Positions 38,178 to 46,061 of a stretch of 46,061 nt of DNA are shown in pieces. The stretch is taken from assembly GCA_016840095.1 (NCBI GenBank), contig JAEOSZ010000101.1, positions 1 through 46,061 of the forward strand. The letters run 5' to 3'. The position numbers were made by a program, and so were the translations under genes. The stretch is from Candidatus Heimdallarchaeota archaeon (GTDB lineage Archaea; Asgardarchaeota; Heimdallarchaeia; Heimdallarchaeales; Heimdallarchaeaceae). Below the pieces are notes generated by a model. It saw nothing but the letters and a program-made list of their open reading frames with translations. It was not told where the DNA came from and ran no database searches. How positions within the stretch are numbered: position 1 is the first letter of the stretch; the number at the start of each line of letters is the position of its first letter.

Positions 38178-39431
38178 ATGAGAATAACAATCCGAAAAGC
38201 AATCATCTCTCTCATGATTATGATGTTTCTAACTTCCGGCAACTTCAAAGTTCAATCCTTTGAGATCAAAAGCGAAACGAATCCTGTCGAAACCTATGCT
38301 ATTCTTTTTGATCAATTTCCAGTTGAAATAAATGGTTCAACTCTCTGTTCTTCTATTGAGATGAAAGACTCTCTTCTTCAAATAGGATGGTCTGAGGATA
38401 ATATTTCTCTTTTTCTAGGAGAAGATAATATCTCTAAAACAATTATTCTTGAGCAACTTAACCTTCTAGAACAAGCAGTAGATGAGAACGATTTAGTTTT
38501 TATTTACTTTACAGCCCACGGACACACATACTGTCGTGATGTTTTAGATTTCAATACCTGGTTTCAACACGAATTTAATCAAATTGGAACCACCAACAAA
38601 GTCTTTCTGATGGAGTCTTGCTATGGTGGAGAATTTGTAATGTTCTTTCCAGAAAAATGCTATGCAATGAGCAGCGTAAGTTCTTTTGAACCAGCGATTG
38701 CTTATAACCCTGAAGAAAATGGTACTTGGCTTCTAAGTGAACCTCCTTTCGCTGGTGGTATATCGTCGCACTTTTGGGCTAAAACCTTGTCTGATATATC
38801 TGCAGATTCTTCATTAGATGGTGTCGTAAGCTTAAATGAGATGTATACCTATTCGTTGCCTTTTATCAAAGATTGTTATAACGAAACATTCGAGCTGTAT
38901 CCTGACATTGCACAATATATAGAAGCAGTTGCTGGTTATACAGAAAATTATCCTAGACCACTTGTTGTTAATGGTCTGTACTATGATTTAACTCTTAATG
39001 CCACAGATTTCATCTTAAATCACGAGAAATATGTTTGGGAGGACGATATTGATGAACCAAACATCAATTGTCAGAATACAATAAATTACACTGATGAAAC
39101 AACAGTGAATGTTATCTTCGAAATAAGTGATAGATCAGATTTTAACTATTATTGCTACGTAAATAATGATCTGAAAAAATGGGGAAGCCATGAAGCAACA
39201 ATATCAAGCACTTGGAATTATACTTATGTCTTATCTATTAATGAAAAACAAGACTATAACGTAACCTTAGCTGTTGTAGATGAATGGGGAAATGAAAATA
39301 TAGAACAAACTTTAGTGAAGTTCACAGGTGAAGTTAGTGAAACATCGATAGGTTTCTTCTCTTATGGAATAATAATTGTACTTCTACCCTTGATTGTATA
39401 TTATTTCCAGACTAAAAGAAGAAAAGATTAA
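38178..39431 (+). CDS. Secreted, C-terminally membrane-anchored caspase-family (clan CD) peptidase
   Basis: Signal peptide; DLVFIYFTAHG and VFLMESCYGG His/Cys dyad; D.SLDGVVSL.E; beta-rich C-terminal domain; C-terminal TM plus KRRK. Confidence 0.8.
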   Translation: MRITIRKAIISLMIMMFLTSGNFKVQSFEIKSETNPVETYAILFDQFPVEINGSTLCSSIEMKDSLLQIGWSEDNISLFLGEDNISKTIILEQLNLLEQAVDENDLVFIYFTAHGHTYCRDVLDFNTWFQHEFNQIGTTNKVFLMESCYGGEFVMFFPEKCYAMSSVSSFEPAIAYNPEENGTWLLSEPPFAGGISSHFWAKTLSDISADSSLDGVVSLNEMYTYSLPFIKDCYNETFELYPDIAQYIEAVAGYTENYPRPLVVNGLYYDLTLNATDFILNHEKYVWEDDIDEPNINCQNTINYTDETTVNVIFEISDRSDFNYYCYVNNDLKKWGSHEATISSTWNYTYVLSINEKQDYNVTLAVVDEWGNENIEQTLVKFTGEVSETSIGFFSYGIIIVLLPLIVYYFQTKRRKD

Positions 39432-39476
39432 ATAAGTATAGTTCATTTTTCCAAATATCGTTGAAACTCTCATAAT

Positions 39477-39591
39477 GGGGGGATAATCAAGTGGTCAACG
39501 ATGACGGACTCAAGATCTATCAAGAGTCATTGGCTAGATGGGACATCCGTTCCTTAGTGGTTCGGGAGTTCGAATCTCCCTCCCCTCACCA
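39477..39591 (+). tRNA. tRNA-Leu(CAA) with 30-nt intron (39515-39544) at position 37/38
   Basis: Acceptor GGGGGGA/TCCCCTC plus ACCA; BHB GGA-CTCA-AGA-TCT...AGA-TGGG-ACA-TCC; long variable arm. Confidence 0.95.
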
Positions 39592-39670
39592 CAGTACTTC
39601 AATTTTCTCTAATTTTCTGAACTTGTTTCATAACAACATTTTTTTAAAGAGTAGCTCTCAAAACTCAACC

Positions 39671-39856
39671 ATGTCTAAAGTACCTTATCCAACAACAAAG
39701 TTCCTGAAGGTAAAATGCACTAGTTGTAGCAATGAGCAAATAATCTTTGATTCAGCAAAAATTGTAGTAAAATGCAATGTATGTGAAGAAGACTTGGCTC
39801 AACCTCGTGGCGGTAAAGCTAAAATATTGGGTGAGATAGTAGAAGTACTATCTTAA
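39671..39856 (+). CDS. rps27e: 30S ribosomal protein S27e
   Basis: FLKVKC..C.NEQIIF...VKC..C...LAQPRGGKA; ATG at 39671 (the longer ORF call overlaps the tRNA). Confidence 0.96.
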   Translation: MSKVPYPTTKFLKVKCTSCSNEQIIFDSAKIVVKCNVCEEDLAQPRGGKAKILGEIVEVLS

Positions 39857-39867
39857 TTCTTAGAATT

Positions 39868-40443
39868 TTACTCTTTTAATTCAATATTTTCTGCAATTTC
39901 TCTTCTAACAAGACCAATTGCGTTTTCCTTTGGTAATAAACAAACATCTTCCGGTTCAAAAGGTCCATATGTTCTACCATCTAAACCTTGAATTTTATCT
40001 TTGGTACTTTGAATAAATCTTATTGCCACAAATTCAATCTCATCTGAGTCCTCACTTGGACGATCTGCTGAAGGCATGTCCAGATCAGTATATGCAACAT
40101 CCTTTGGTGAGAAGACGTCTTTTCTATAAACATCGTATACTTGCTTCATCCTCTCATAGAAATTTTGCTCTTCTCTCGCAAGATTTACATTAATTTCCTG
40201 TTTATTCAAAACAGCTTGTATGATTTTTAATGTTCTAATTTTCAGTAAATCATTAACAACAAACTTTAATCGATTCATTCTTTCCTCTAGAATCTTCTTG
40301 ATTAGAGGATTGATTTCTTCTTTAGCTCTAGTTGTTCTTACTTTCAAAAAATCCCTCATAGCACCATAGAAAGCATCATTCATGGGAGTCAGTTGTTCTT
40401 TTTCCCGTTCTTCTTTCCATTTGTTTTGTATTTTGTCAAACAA
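39868..40443 (-). CDS. GINS subunit (Gins51/Psf1-Sld5 type)
   Basis: L......FY, R..KI, L..EE..FY helical A domain; C-terminal G.DGRTYGPF...D...LP.ENA B domain; next to pcn. Confidence 0.88.
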   Translation of the reverse strand: MFDKIQNKWKEEREKEQLTPMNDAFYGAMRDFLKVRTTRAKEEINPLIKKILEERMNRLKFVVNDLLKIRTLKIIQAVLNKQEINVNLAREEQNFYERMKQVYDVYRKDVFSPKDVAYTDLDMPSADRPSEDSDEIEFVAIRFIQSTKDKIQGLDGRTYGPFEPEDVCLLPKENAIGLVRREIAENIELKE

Positions 40444-40492
40444 TGTGCTACCTCAATTCATTATAAGAAATAGAGAGTCTCCCCCTTGAGAT

Positions 40493-41287
40493 TTATCCTT
40501 CGTAATCCTCAATTTCTTCGCTTTCTTCTATTCTAGGTGCGACAAAGTAGATTAAATGCCCTTTATCTTCTATCTCATAAACCAGCCGAATAGGTTGTTC
40601 CTGATTGAAAGATAATCTAACATAATCAGAGGAGCGTATTCCTCTAAGGAAATTTGAAAGAAAGTCAAGTGAATACATTGCTTCAGATTCACCAGAAACT
40701 AGAAATGCACCAGTTTCCATTTCTTCGCTTTGAGGTTCAATAAAGGTATCCATTGCCTTTGTATCGCTTTCTGCACCAAAGAAGATTCCATCTTCCTTGG
40801 CTTTTATCTTTAAGTAATCACTTACCATTTCTGCATCTTTGAGAACTTGTTGAATGAAGGATGCTTTAATCTCGAAATTTGTATCAAAATCAATATGGAT
40901 TGAATCTGGTATATTTCCTTCATCTGGAATGTCAATTACAGATAAAGCAAATTTTCTTTGTTGGTTTTTCCCAATAAACTCTATAATAAACCTCTTTGAA
41001 GCATCATCAAAACCCATTTGAAGATGTTCGTTAGTTTTTGCAGTCTTTAAAATTGTATTTAATGTTTCTAGACTTAAACCAATAGGATCTGCACCTTTCA
41101 CATCGTATTTCTGAAAAGCCTCTTTTTTCATAAAGAAATCTATCATGGAAATTCGAGTAGCATCGAATGCTTTAATTCGGATACCATCTTCTTCTACATT
41201 TACTCTGCTCTCTGCAACTATTGAACTTATAATTGACACAATATTGGACATCAATTTTGCGTCTTCTAATACTATTTGAAAAGCCAT
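40493..41287 (-). CDS. pcn: Proliferating cell nuclear antigen (sliding clamp)
   Basis: GIRIKAFD..RISMI, F..Y, YSLDFL, PIRL.Y, YFVAPRIE. Confidence 0.95.
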   Translation of the reverse strand: MAFQIVLEDAKLMSNIVSIISSIVAESRVNVEEDGIRIKAFDATRISMIDFFMKKEAFQKYDVKGADPIGLSLETLNTILKTAKTNEHLQMGFDDASKRFIIEFIGKNQQRKFALSVIDIPDEGNIPDSIHIDFDTNFEIKASFIQQVLKDAEMVSDYLKIKAKEDGIFFGAESDTKAMDTFIEPQSEEMETGAFLVSGESEAMYSLDFLSNFLRGIRSSDYVRLSFNQEQPIRLVYEIEDKGHLIYFVAPRIEESEEIEDYEG

Positions 41288-41381
41288 TTTTATACCCCAA
41301 TTCTTTTGTTTAAATTATGAATTTATCTCTGCTTTCTGTTTATTTTTTTCACTATATAAGGGAATCGTCTAGCAAAACCTA

Positions 41382-41729
41382 TCAAGTATTAGCTCTTCTT
41401 AAAGATTGCTCAAGTTCATTTATTTGCCTGTAAACTTCCAAATCCACACTATCGAAATTTTGGATAAAAGAACCTCTCATTTGTTTCTCAGGAAGCATCT
41501 CAATATATCCTAGAGCTCTTATTTGCAAACCCACTTTAAGATTAATATTCAGGTCTTCAGGTAGAATAATCGAAATCTGTTCAAATCCATCATCAATTAC
41601 TATTGACGTATCTGTTATTTCTGCTATTTTTCCAACTATTCGAAATTTACCAGCTTTTTGAATCTCTGAAATATTTGCATCAACAAAAGGCTTAGCTTTA
41701 TAGGTTTTATCAGAATCTAATTCACTCAT
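41382..41729 (-). CDS. Replication protein A small subunit (Rpa3/RPA14-like OB fold)
   Basis: KP.V...ISEI, R.VG.I, DDG, G..IR..G, IQNF...DLE.Y..I.ELE resembles Thermococcales RPA14. Confidence 0.72.
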   Translation of the reverse strand: MSELDSDKTYKAKPFVDANISEIQKAGKFRIVGKIAEITDTSIVIDDGFEQISIILPEDLNINLKVGLQIRALGYIEMLPEKQMRGSFIQNFDSVDLEVYRQINELEQSLRRANT

Positions 41730-41744
41730 TTTTGCTACATCCAG

Positions 41745-42089
41745 TTAATCATATTCTCTCCAAGTATCACCGCATTCGGTGCACCGAAAGAATCTTGTAG
41801 GTGATTCATCAGCACTTCTTGTTTGTATCATCCAGAAACTTACTTTTTGATTCTTTTTGCATTTCGAACAATACATATCTTTTGTAGGTTTTGTTGAATC
41901 AACTTGCGCTTCATCAAATACTGTAGTCATTTCCTTAACAAGGTTGTGTTCAACTTCCTCAGTAAAAGTAATTTCTTCATCCTCACCTAAATTGCGTTTA
42001 TAACCACATTTTAGACAAATCAAGATAGTTTCACCGTTTTTTTTGTTTTCTGTTTGAAGTAATTTTCCACATTTAGGACAGAATTCCAC
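41745..42089 (-). CDS. tfs: Transcription factor S (TFS)
   Basis: (M)EFCPKCG, second zinc ribbon, QTRSADE..TRFFRC..CG..WREY; GTG start after GGTGA. Confidence 0.95.
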   Translation of the reverse strand: MEFCPKCGKLLQTENKKNGETILICLKCGYKRNLGEDEEITFTEEVEHNLVKEMTTVFDEAQVDSTKPTKDMYCSKCKKNQKVSFWMIQTRSADESPTRFFRCTECGDTWREYD

Positions 42090-42219
42090 AGATATCACCC
42101 TTATATTGCTGAAACGTATTATTTTTTTGACTATAAGAAGTCTTTTTACGCTAATAGAAAAATCTTTTTGAATTTGTGTTTATTTGTCAGTTAAAATTCA
42201 ACCTCCATGGTGAACCAAT

Positions 42220-42747
42220 TTGTCAACATGCGAAATGTGCGGTCATGAAATTCATACAAGACCTATTACAATAAAAATAGAAGGAGCTGAATTAGCAGTT
42301 TGTCCTTCTTGTGCTAAACACGGTAAACCTGTTGTAAAAGACAAACCCAAGAGAACACCAACTAGCCCTAGAACCTCTTCTCCACGTCAACCATATACCC
42401 CAAGAACCTCATCTTCACAACCTAGAAGGAGTGGAAGGTTTGGTGGTTCAAAAGAATTAGTTATTGATTATTCAGAGAAACTAAGACTTGCTAGACAGAA
42501 GATGAAACTTACACAGAAAGATGTCTCAATTCAAACTAAAATATCAGTATCTGAATTACAAAGTATAGAAACAGGCAAAATGAGACCATCAGATGATTTA
42601 ATCGGGAGACTTGAGAAGTTTTTCAACATAAAAATTACTGAAGAAGTTCAAGCTTATGGTACTAAAGAGCAGAAAAAGGGTCCAGCTTTTCAAACTCTTG
42701 GTGACATTGTAGTAATCAAAAAGAAGAAAGACGAGGATGAAGAATAA
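42220..42747 (+). CDS. Multiprotein bridging factor aMBF1
   Basis: CEMCG..IEGA...VC..C zinc ribbon, HTH (AR.KM.LTQ, IETG.MRP), TLGD. Confidence 0.93.
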   Translation: MSTCEMCGHEIHTRPITIKIEGAELAVCPSCAKHGKPVVKDKPKRTPTSPRTSSPRQPYTPRTSSSQPRRSGRFGGSKELVIDYSEKLRLARQKMKLTQKDVSIQTKISVSELQSIETGKMRPSDDLIGRLEKFFNIKITEEVQAYGTKEQKKGPAFQTLGDIVVIKKKKDEDEE

Positions 42748-42757
42748 TTCCTTTTTC

Positions 42758-42970
42758 TTACGAAAAGGAAACTACATCTATTTTTGATGAAAGATCGTTA
42801 ATTATAGATTCAGCTTCTTTCAGAGGAAGTTTAATAGTATAGAGTCTCTTCTTAGTTCTGAATTTTAACTTAATATCACCCTTATGACGTTTTGTTCTTA
42901 ATTCACCATTTTGGTCTATGGTTAGCTGAATAATCTCTTCCAATCTATCTTTAGTTATTTCGCTAGGCAT
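42758..42970 (-). CDS. rpl38e: 50S ribosomal protein L38e
   Basis: MP.EI..., KLKFRT.K.LYT.K motif; 70 aa. Confidence 0.8.
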   Translation of the reverse strand: MPSEITKDRLEEIIQLTIDQNGELRTKRHKGDIKLKFRTKKRLYTIKLPLKEAESIINDLSSKIDVVSFS

Positions 42971-43073
42971 TTTCAGTCGAGTTGTGTCACTAAAAATTTC
43001 TTAAAAAAGTTTTGATATCAGTTGTTTTTAGATAGATATAAAAAAAGTGATAAAATTCAGAACTTGAACATAA

Positions 43074-43604
43074 ATGGAAGATCATACTATTCCTTCGAAG
43101 AATCAGTGTTTAATCATCTTAAAAAAATACAAAACTCCAAGAGAAGTAGTTCAACACTGTATAACTGTTACAAAAATCGTAGAAGAATACTGTTTGGAGA
43201 TTCCACAAATTCAAAAAGAATTGGTCATTGCAGGTGCCATGCTACATGATATCGGTCGGTCTGTTGATCATTCAATTTATCATGCTGTTAATGGTGTCAA
43301 GATTTTAGAGAATGAGAATATTGATTCAAGGATAATAGCAATTGTAAGAAATCACATAGGAACAGGAATTACCATAGAGGAAGCAAATAAGCTAGGATTA
43401 CCATTAGGAGATTATACTCCCCAAACTTTAGAAGAAGAAATAGTTTCATTTTCCGACAATCTTACAGCTGGAAATGAAAAACGTTCTTTCGAAGAGACAT
43501 TGAATCATTTTATAGATAAATTTGGGGAAGATTCCCATGTCGTAAAAGGTTTTCTTAGACAAAAAAAATTGATTGATAATTTAACAAAAACAAATAAAAT
43601 GTGA
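43074..43604 (+). CDS. HDIG-domain (HD) metal-dependent phosphohydrolase
   Basis: HC, GAMLHDIGR, H...G..IL, HIG.GI, P.TLEE.IV..D. Confidence 0.92.
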   Translation: MEDHTIPSKNQCLIILKKYKTPREVVQHCITVTKIVEEYCLEIPQIQKELVIAGAMLHDIGRSVDHSIYHAVNGVKILENENIDSRIIAIVRNHIGTGITIEEANKLGLPLGDYTPQTLEEEIVSFSDNLTAGNEKRSFEETLNHFIDKFGEDSHVVKGFLRQKKLIDNLTKTNKM

Positions 43605-43619
43605 GAAAAAGAACATTCT

Positions 43620-44822
43620 CTAAATAAAACCTGTTGTTATTCTTGCGGTTGTTTCTTTTTCTCCAGTGATTTTCTTGATAGCATCAACGAAATCATCGTT
43701 TATAACATGATCTCTTTCTGCTCTTATTGCAAACATACCTGCTTCGGTACAGATATTCTTAATATCGGCTCCACTACCACCTTCTGTCATCTGAACCAAA
43801 TAATCTATATCAACGTCTCCCTTAAGATTCATTCCCTTGGTGTGTATCTTGAATATGTCCTTTCTACTTTCGGAGGTAGGAATTGGGATTTCGATTATTC
43901 TATCGAATCTACCAGGTCTTAGCATTGCTGTGTCCAGAATATCTATTCTGTTTGTTGCTGCAATAATCTTTACATCTCCTCTGATGTTAAAGCCATCTAA
44001 TTCAGAAAGTAATTGCATTAAGGTTCTCTGAACCTCTCTATCACCACTAGTGGCAAGATCGATTCTTCTACTTCCTATTGCATCAAGTTCATCAATGAAT
44101 AGAACACTTGGAGCATTTTCTCTAGCAAATTCGAAAATCTCTCTTACTAATCTTGCACCATCTCCAATGAATTTTTGTACAAGCTCACTTCCTATCAATC
44201 GAATAAAAGCAGCTTGAGTTTCGTTAGCTACTGCTTTAGCTAGCAAAGTTTTTCCAGTTCCTGGAGCTCCATGTAAGAGTACTCCTTTTGGAGGATCTAT
44301 ACCTATTTTTTCAAATAACTCAGGTTTTAGTAAAGGTAGTTCAACAGTTTCTTTTAACTCTTGAATCTGAGCCTCTAAACCACCTATATCAGCATATTTT
44401 TCTGTTGGTTTCTCAAGTAGTTCCATCTTTTGAACCATTGGATCGTATGATGCTGGTAAGATATTTACAATTGCAAAAGTTCTTTGGTTTAATGCAACAC
44501 GAGTATCAGGTTTCAGATTATTAATATCTACTTGTCTTGAAATTGATACAACTAGATTGGGACCTGTTGTGCTTCGGACTACAGCAGTTTTGTTATCAAG
44601 CACTTCAACTATATATCCCATGAAAAGCGGAGGTGATCTTAATCTTTCAAGCTCTACTTTTAGATTGTTTACTTCTCGTTGAAGTCTCAATCTTTCACTT
44701 TCTACCATCTGCTTTTCTGTTTCTAACTGTCTTGCTTGTCTTTCTAAGTGATGCGCATATGATATTAAATAAGCTGGATCATTTTGATCTGGTTCTGATC
44801 TTTCTTTTGACAGTCTTAGCAC
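43620..44822 (-). CDS. pan: Proteasome-activating nucleotidase
   Basis: N-terminal coiled coil and OB; [35 protein letters not shown]. Confidence 0.96.
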   Translation of the reverse strand: MLRLSKERSEPDQNDPAYLISYAHHLERQARQLETEKQMVESERLRLQREVNNLKVELERLRSPPLFMGYIVEVLDNKTAVVRSTTGPNLVVSISRQVDINNLKPDTRVALNQRTFAIVNILPASYDPMVQKMELLEKPTEKYADIGGLEAQIQELKETVELPLLKPELFEKIGIDPPKGVLLHGAPGTGKTLLAKAVANETQAAFIRLIGSELVQKFIGDGARLVREIFEFARENAPSVLFIDELDAIGSRRIDLATSGDREVQRTLMQLLSELDGFNIRGDVKIIAATNRIDILDTAMLRPGRFDRIIEIPIPTSESRKDIFKIHTKGMNLKGDVDIDYLVQMTEGGSGADIKNICTEAGMFAIRAERDHVINDDFVDAIKKITGEKETTARITTGFI

Positions 44823-44999
44823 CCTCGTTATTTCTCAGTATTTTCTTACCTATATAAATATAAAAATCTATACATAATATACTTTAGTTATCGTTTTGCT
44901 TGATTAAATAAGCAATTCAATAAGTATTTCTTCTTCATTAAAACGTATATTAAACAACCAAATCAGCAACTTTAAGTGTATTTCAAATAACCTACTTCT

Positions 45000-45530
45000 A
45001 TGAAATTAGCTGTACTGCGTTTATCACATAGAGTAATGCGTGATAAAAGAATCTCTACACATTTAGCATTAACAGCTAGAGCTTTTGGTGCCGTTGAATT
45101 CTTCTACACAGGAGATCACGATAGTCATGTAGAGGAAAGTATTCAGAAAGTACAGCAAGAATGGGGCGGAGAATTATCCGTTACTCATATTGGAAAACCT
45201 TGGAACTTCTTGAAAGATTGGAAAAAACAAGGAGGAATTGTTATTCACCTTACAATGTATGGAATAGAATTATCCGATAAATTAGAAAAGATTCAAGATT
45301 TTAAAGAGAAGAATATACTAGTTGTAGTGGGTGGAGTTAAAGTTCCTGGTCAAATCTTTGAACTCTCAGATTTTAACATAGCTATAGGTAATCAACCACA
45401 CAGTGAAGTTGCAGCACTAGCTGTTTTTCTTGACAGACTTACTGAAGGGGAAGCAAGGAAACAAAAATTCCAAAATGCAAACTATGAAATTGTTCCCATG
45501 GAACAAGGAAAACAAGCTAATAAAATATAA
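45000..45530 (+). CDS. trm56: tRNA (cytidine56-2'-O)-methyltransferase aTrm56
   Basis: LRL.HR..RD.R..TH..L.ARA.GA, HLTMYG, NQPHSEVAALAVFLD. Confidence 0.96.
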   Translation: MKLAVLRLSHRVMRDKRISTHLALTARAFGAVEFFYTGDHDSHVEESIQKVQQEWGGELSVTHIGKPWNFLKDWKKQGGIVIHLTMYGIELSDKLEKIQDFKEKNILVVVGGVKVPGQIFELSDFNIAIGNQPHSEVAALAVFLDRLTEGEARKQKFQNANYEIVPMEQGKQANKI

Positions 45531-45540
45531 GGTGAAATGA

Positions 45541-46061
45541 ATGCAGAAAGTTATTACTCTCGAAAAGACTTACAATGTAGCAAAGCATAGTTCAGAAAAG
45601 GCTTTCATATACATACTAAAAAAGGAATTTGAGAACTTAGACATTGAGATTAAAGGAATCAACTTCACAAAAGAAAGATATGCTGAAGTCATACTAGAGG
45701 GGGAAGATGAAGAAATAGCTAAAAACATCTTAATCAAAAACTATGGGACTCCTCGAAGTATAGGTGATTTGCAGGAGGGTGACTTTATCTATGGTAGATT
45801 TAGAGAAACTGGGGAAGTTAAATTTGGTTTATTTGTAGATTGTGGGATAAAAAGTACAACTCAGAATATAGATGCCCTCTATCCTCTTTATGAGATGAGA
45901 GAACAATTGGCTCAAGGAAACAAGGTTCCTCTTATGAATATGATAAGAGCTTATGGTTTTATCGATAATCTTCCTATGTTTTTTGAAGTAGTAAAGAAGC
46001 AAGTTATCGGATCTAAAGTTTGGGTTAAACTCACTGCTGAATCACTTGAATGGTTGAATAG
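45541..46061 (+). CDS. DUF2110-like protein, 3' truncated by window edge (not in ORF track)
   Basis: Open frame MQKVITLEK...VILEGEDEEIAKNIL..YG...G..GEVKFGLFVDCG; GGTGA upstream. Confidence 0.75.
   Translation, partial: MQKVITLEKTYNVAKHSSEKAFIYILKKEFENLDIEIKGINFTKERYAEVILEGEDEEIAKNILIKNYGTPRSIGDLQEGDFIYGRFRETGEVKFGLFVDCGIKSTTQNIDALYPLYEMREQLAQGNKVPLMNMIRAYGFIDNLPMFFEVVKKQVIGSKVWVKLTAESLEWLN

Noticed and set aside
4917-39585. 42-bp exact direct repeat about 34.6 kb apart, resembling attL/attR of an integrated element
   Set aside because: Both copies are 3' exons of complete tRNA-Leu genes; the intervening DNA is core housekeeping genes with no integrase
39491-39670. N-terminal extension of the S27e ORF
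   Set aside because: Overlaps tRNA-Leu(CAA); the real start is ATG 39671
358-44857. Numerous short overlapping ORFs (e.g. 358-543, 2649-2951, 5292-5597, 8466-8738, 10404-10745, 30733-31068, 32064-32387, 43707-44857)
   Set aside because: They overlap well-supported genes on the opposite strand or in another frame and have no recognisable motifs

Overview
AT-rich archaeal chromosomal window with about 55 CDS and 4 tRNA genes, mostly core informational genes: aRF1, AspRS, SRP54, the Pus10-L21e-Rpo4-DUF655-KsgA cluster, aIF2a/Nop10, Csl4/Rpo11, TFE, TFS, PCNA, GINS, PAN, and A/V-type ATPase subunits. L38e, a Pro-rich membrane protein, a membrane-anchored caspase-like protease and the general protein style suggest an Asgard (Heimdallarchaeia-like) archaeon; this is inference, not a search result. 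Two tRNA-Leu genes carry canonical BHB introns. I see no CRISPR array, integrase or transposase. The most notable uncharacterised elements are: (i) a membrane-anchored coiled-coil/basic/polyproline protein with a C-terminal amphipathic helix, resembling actin-regulator (WASP/VASP/ActA-like) or ESCRT-adaptor architecture; (ii) a tandem pair of bactofilin-like beta-helix proteins, one sharing a SHOCT/CdvA-like helix with the Pro-rich protein; (iii) a small 2-TM protein resembling eukaryotic DPM2; (iv) several apparent pseudo-enzymes (cupin PGI lacking His ligands, degenerate TrmY, divergent EndA). All family calls come from motif recognition by eye.
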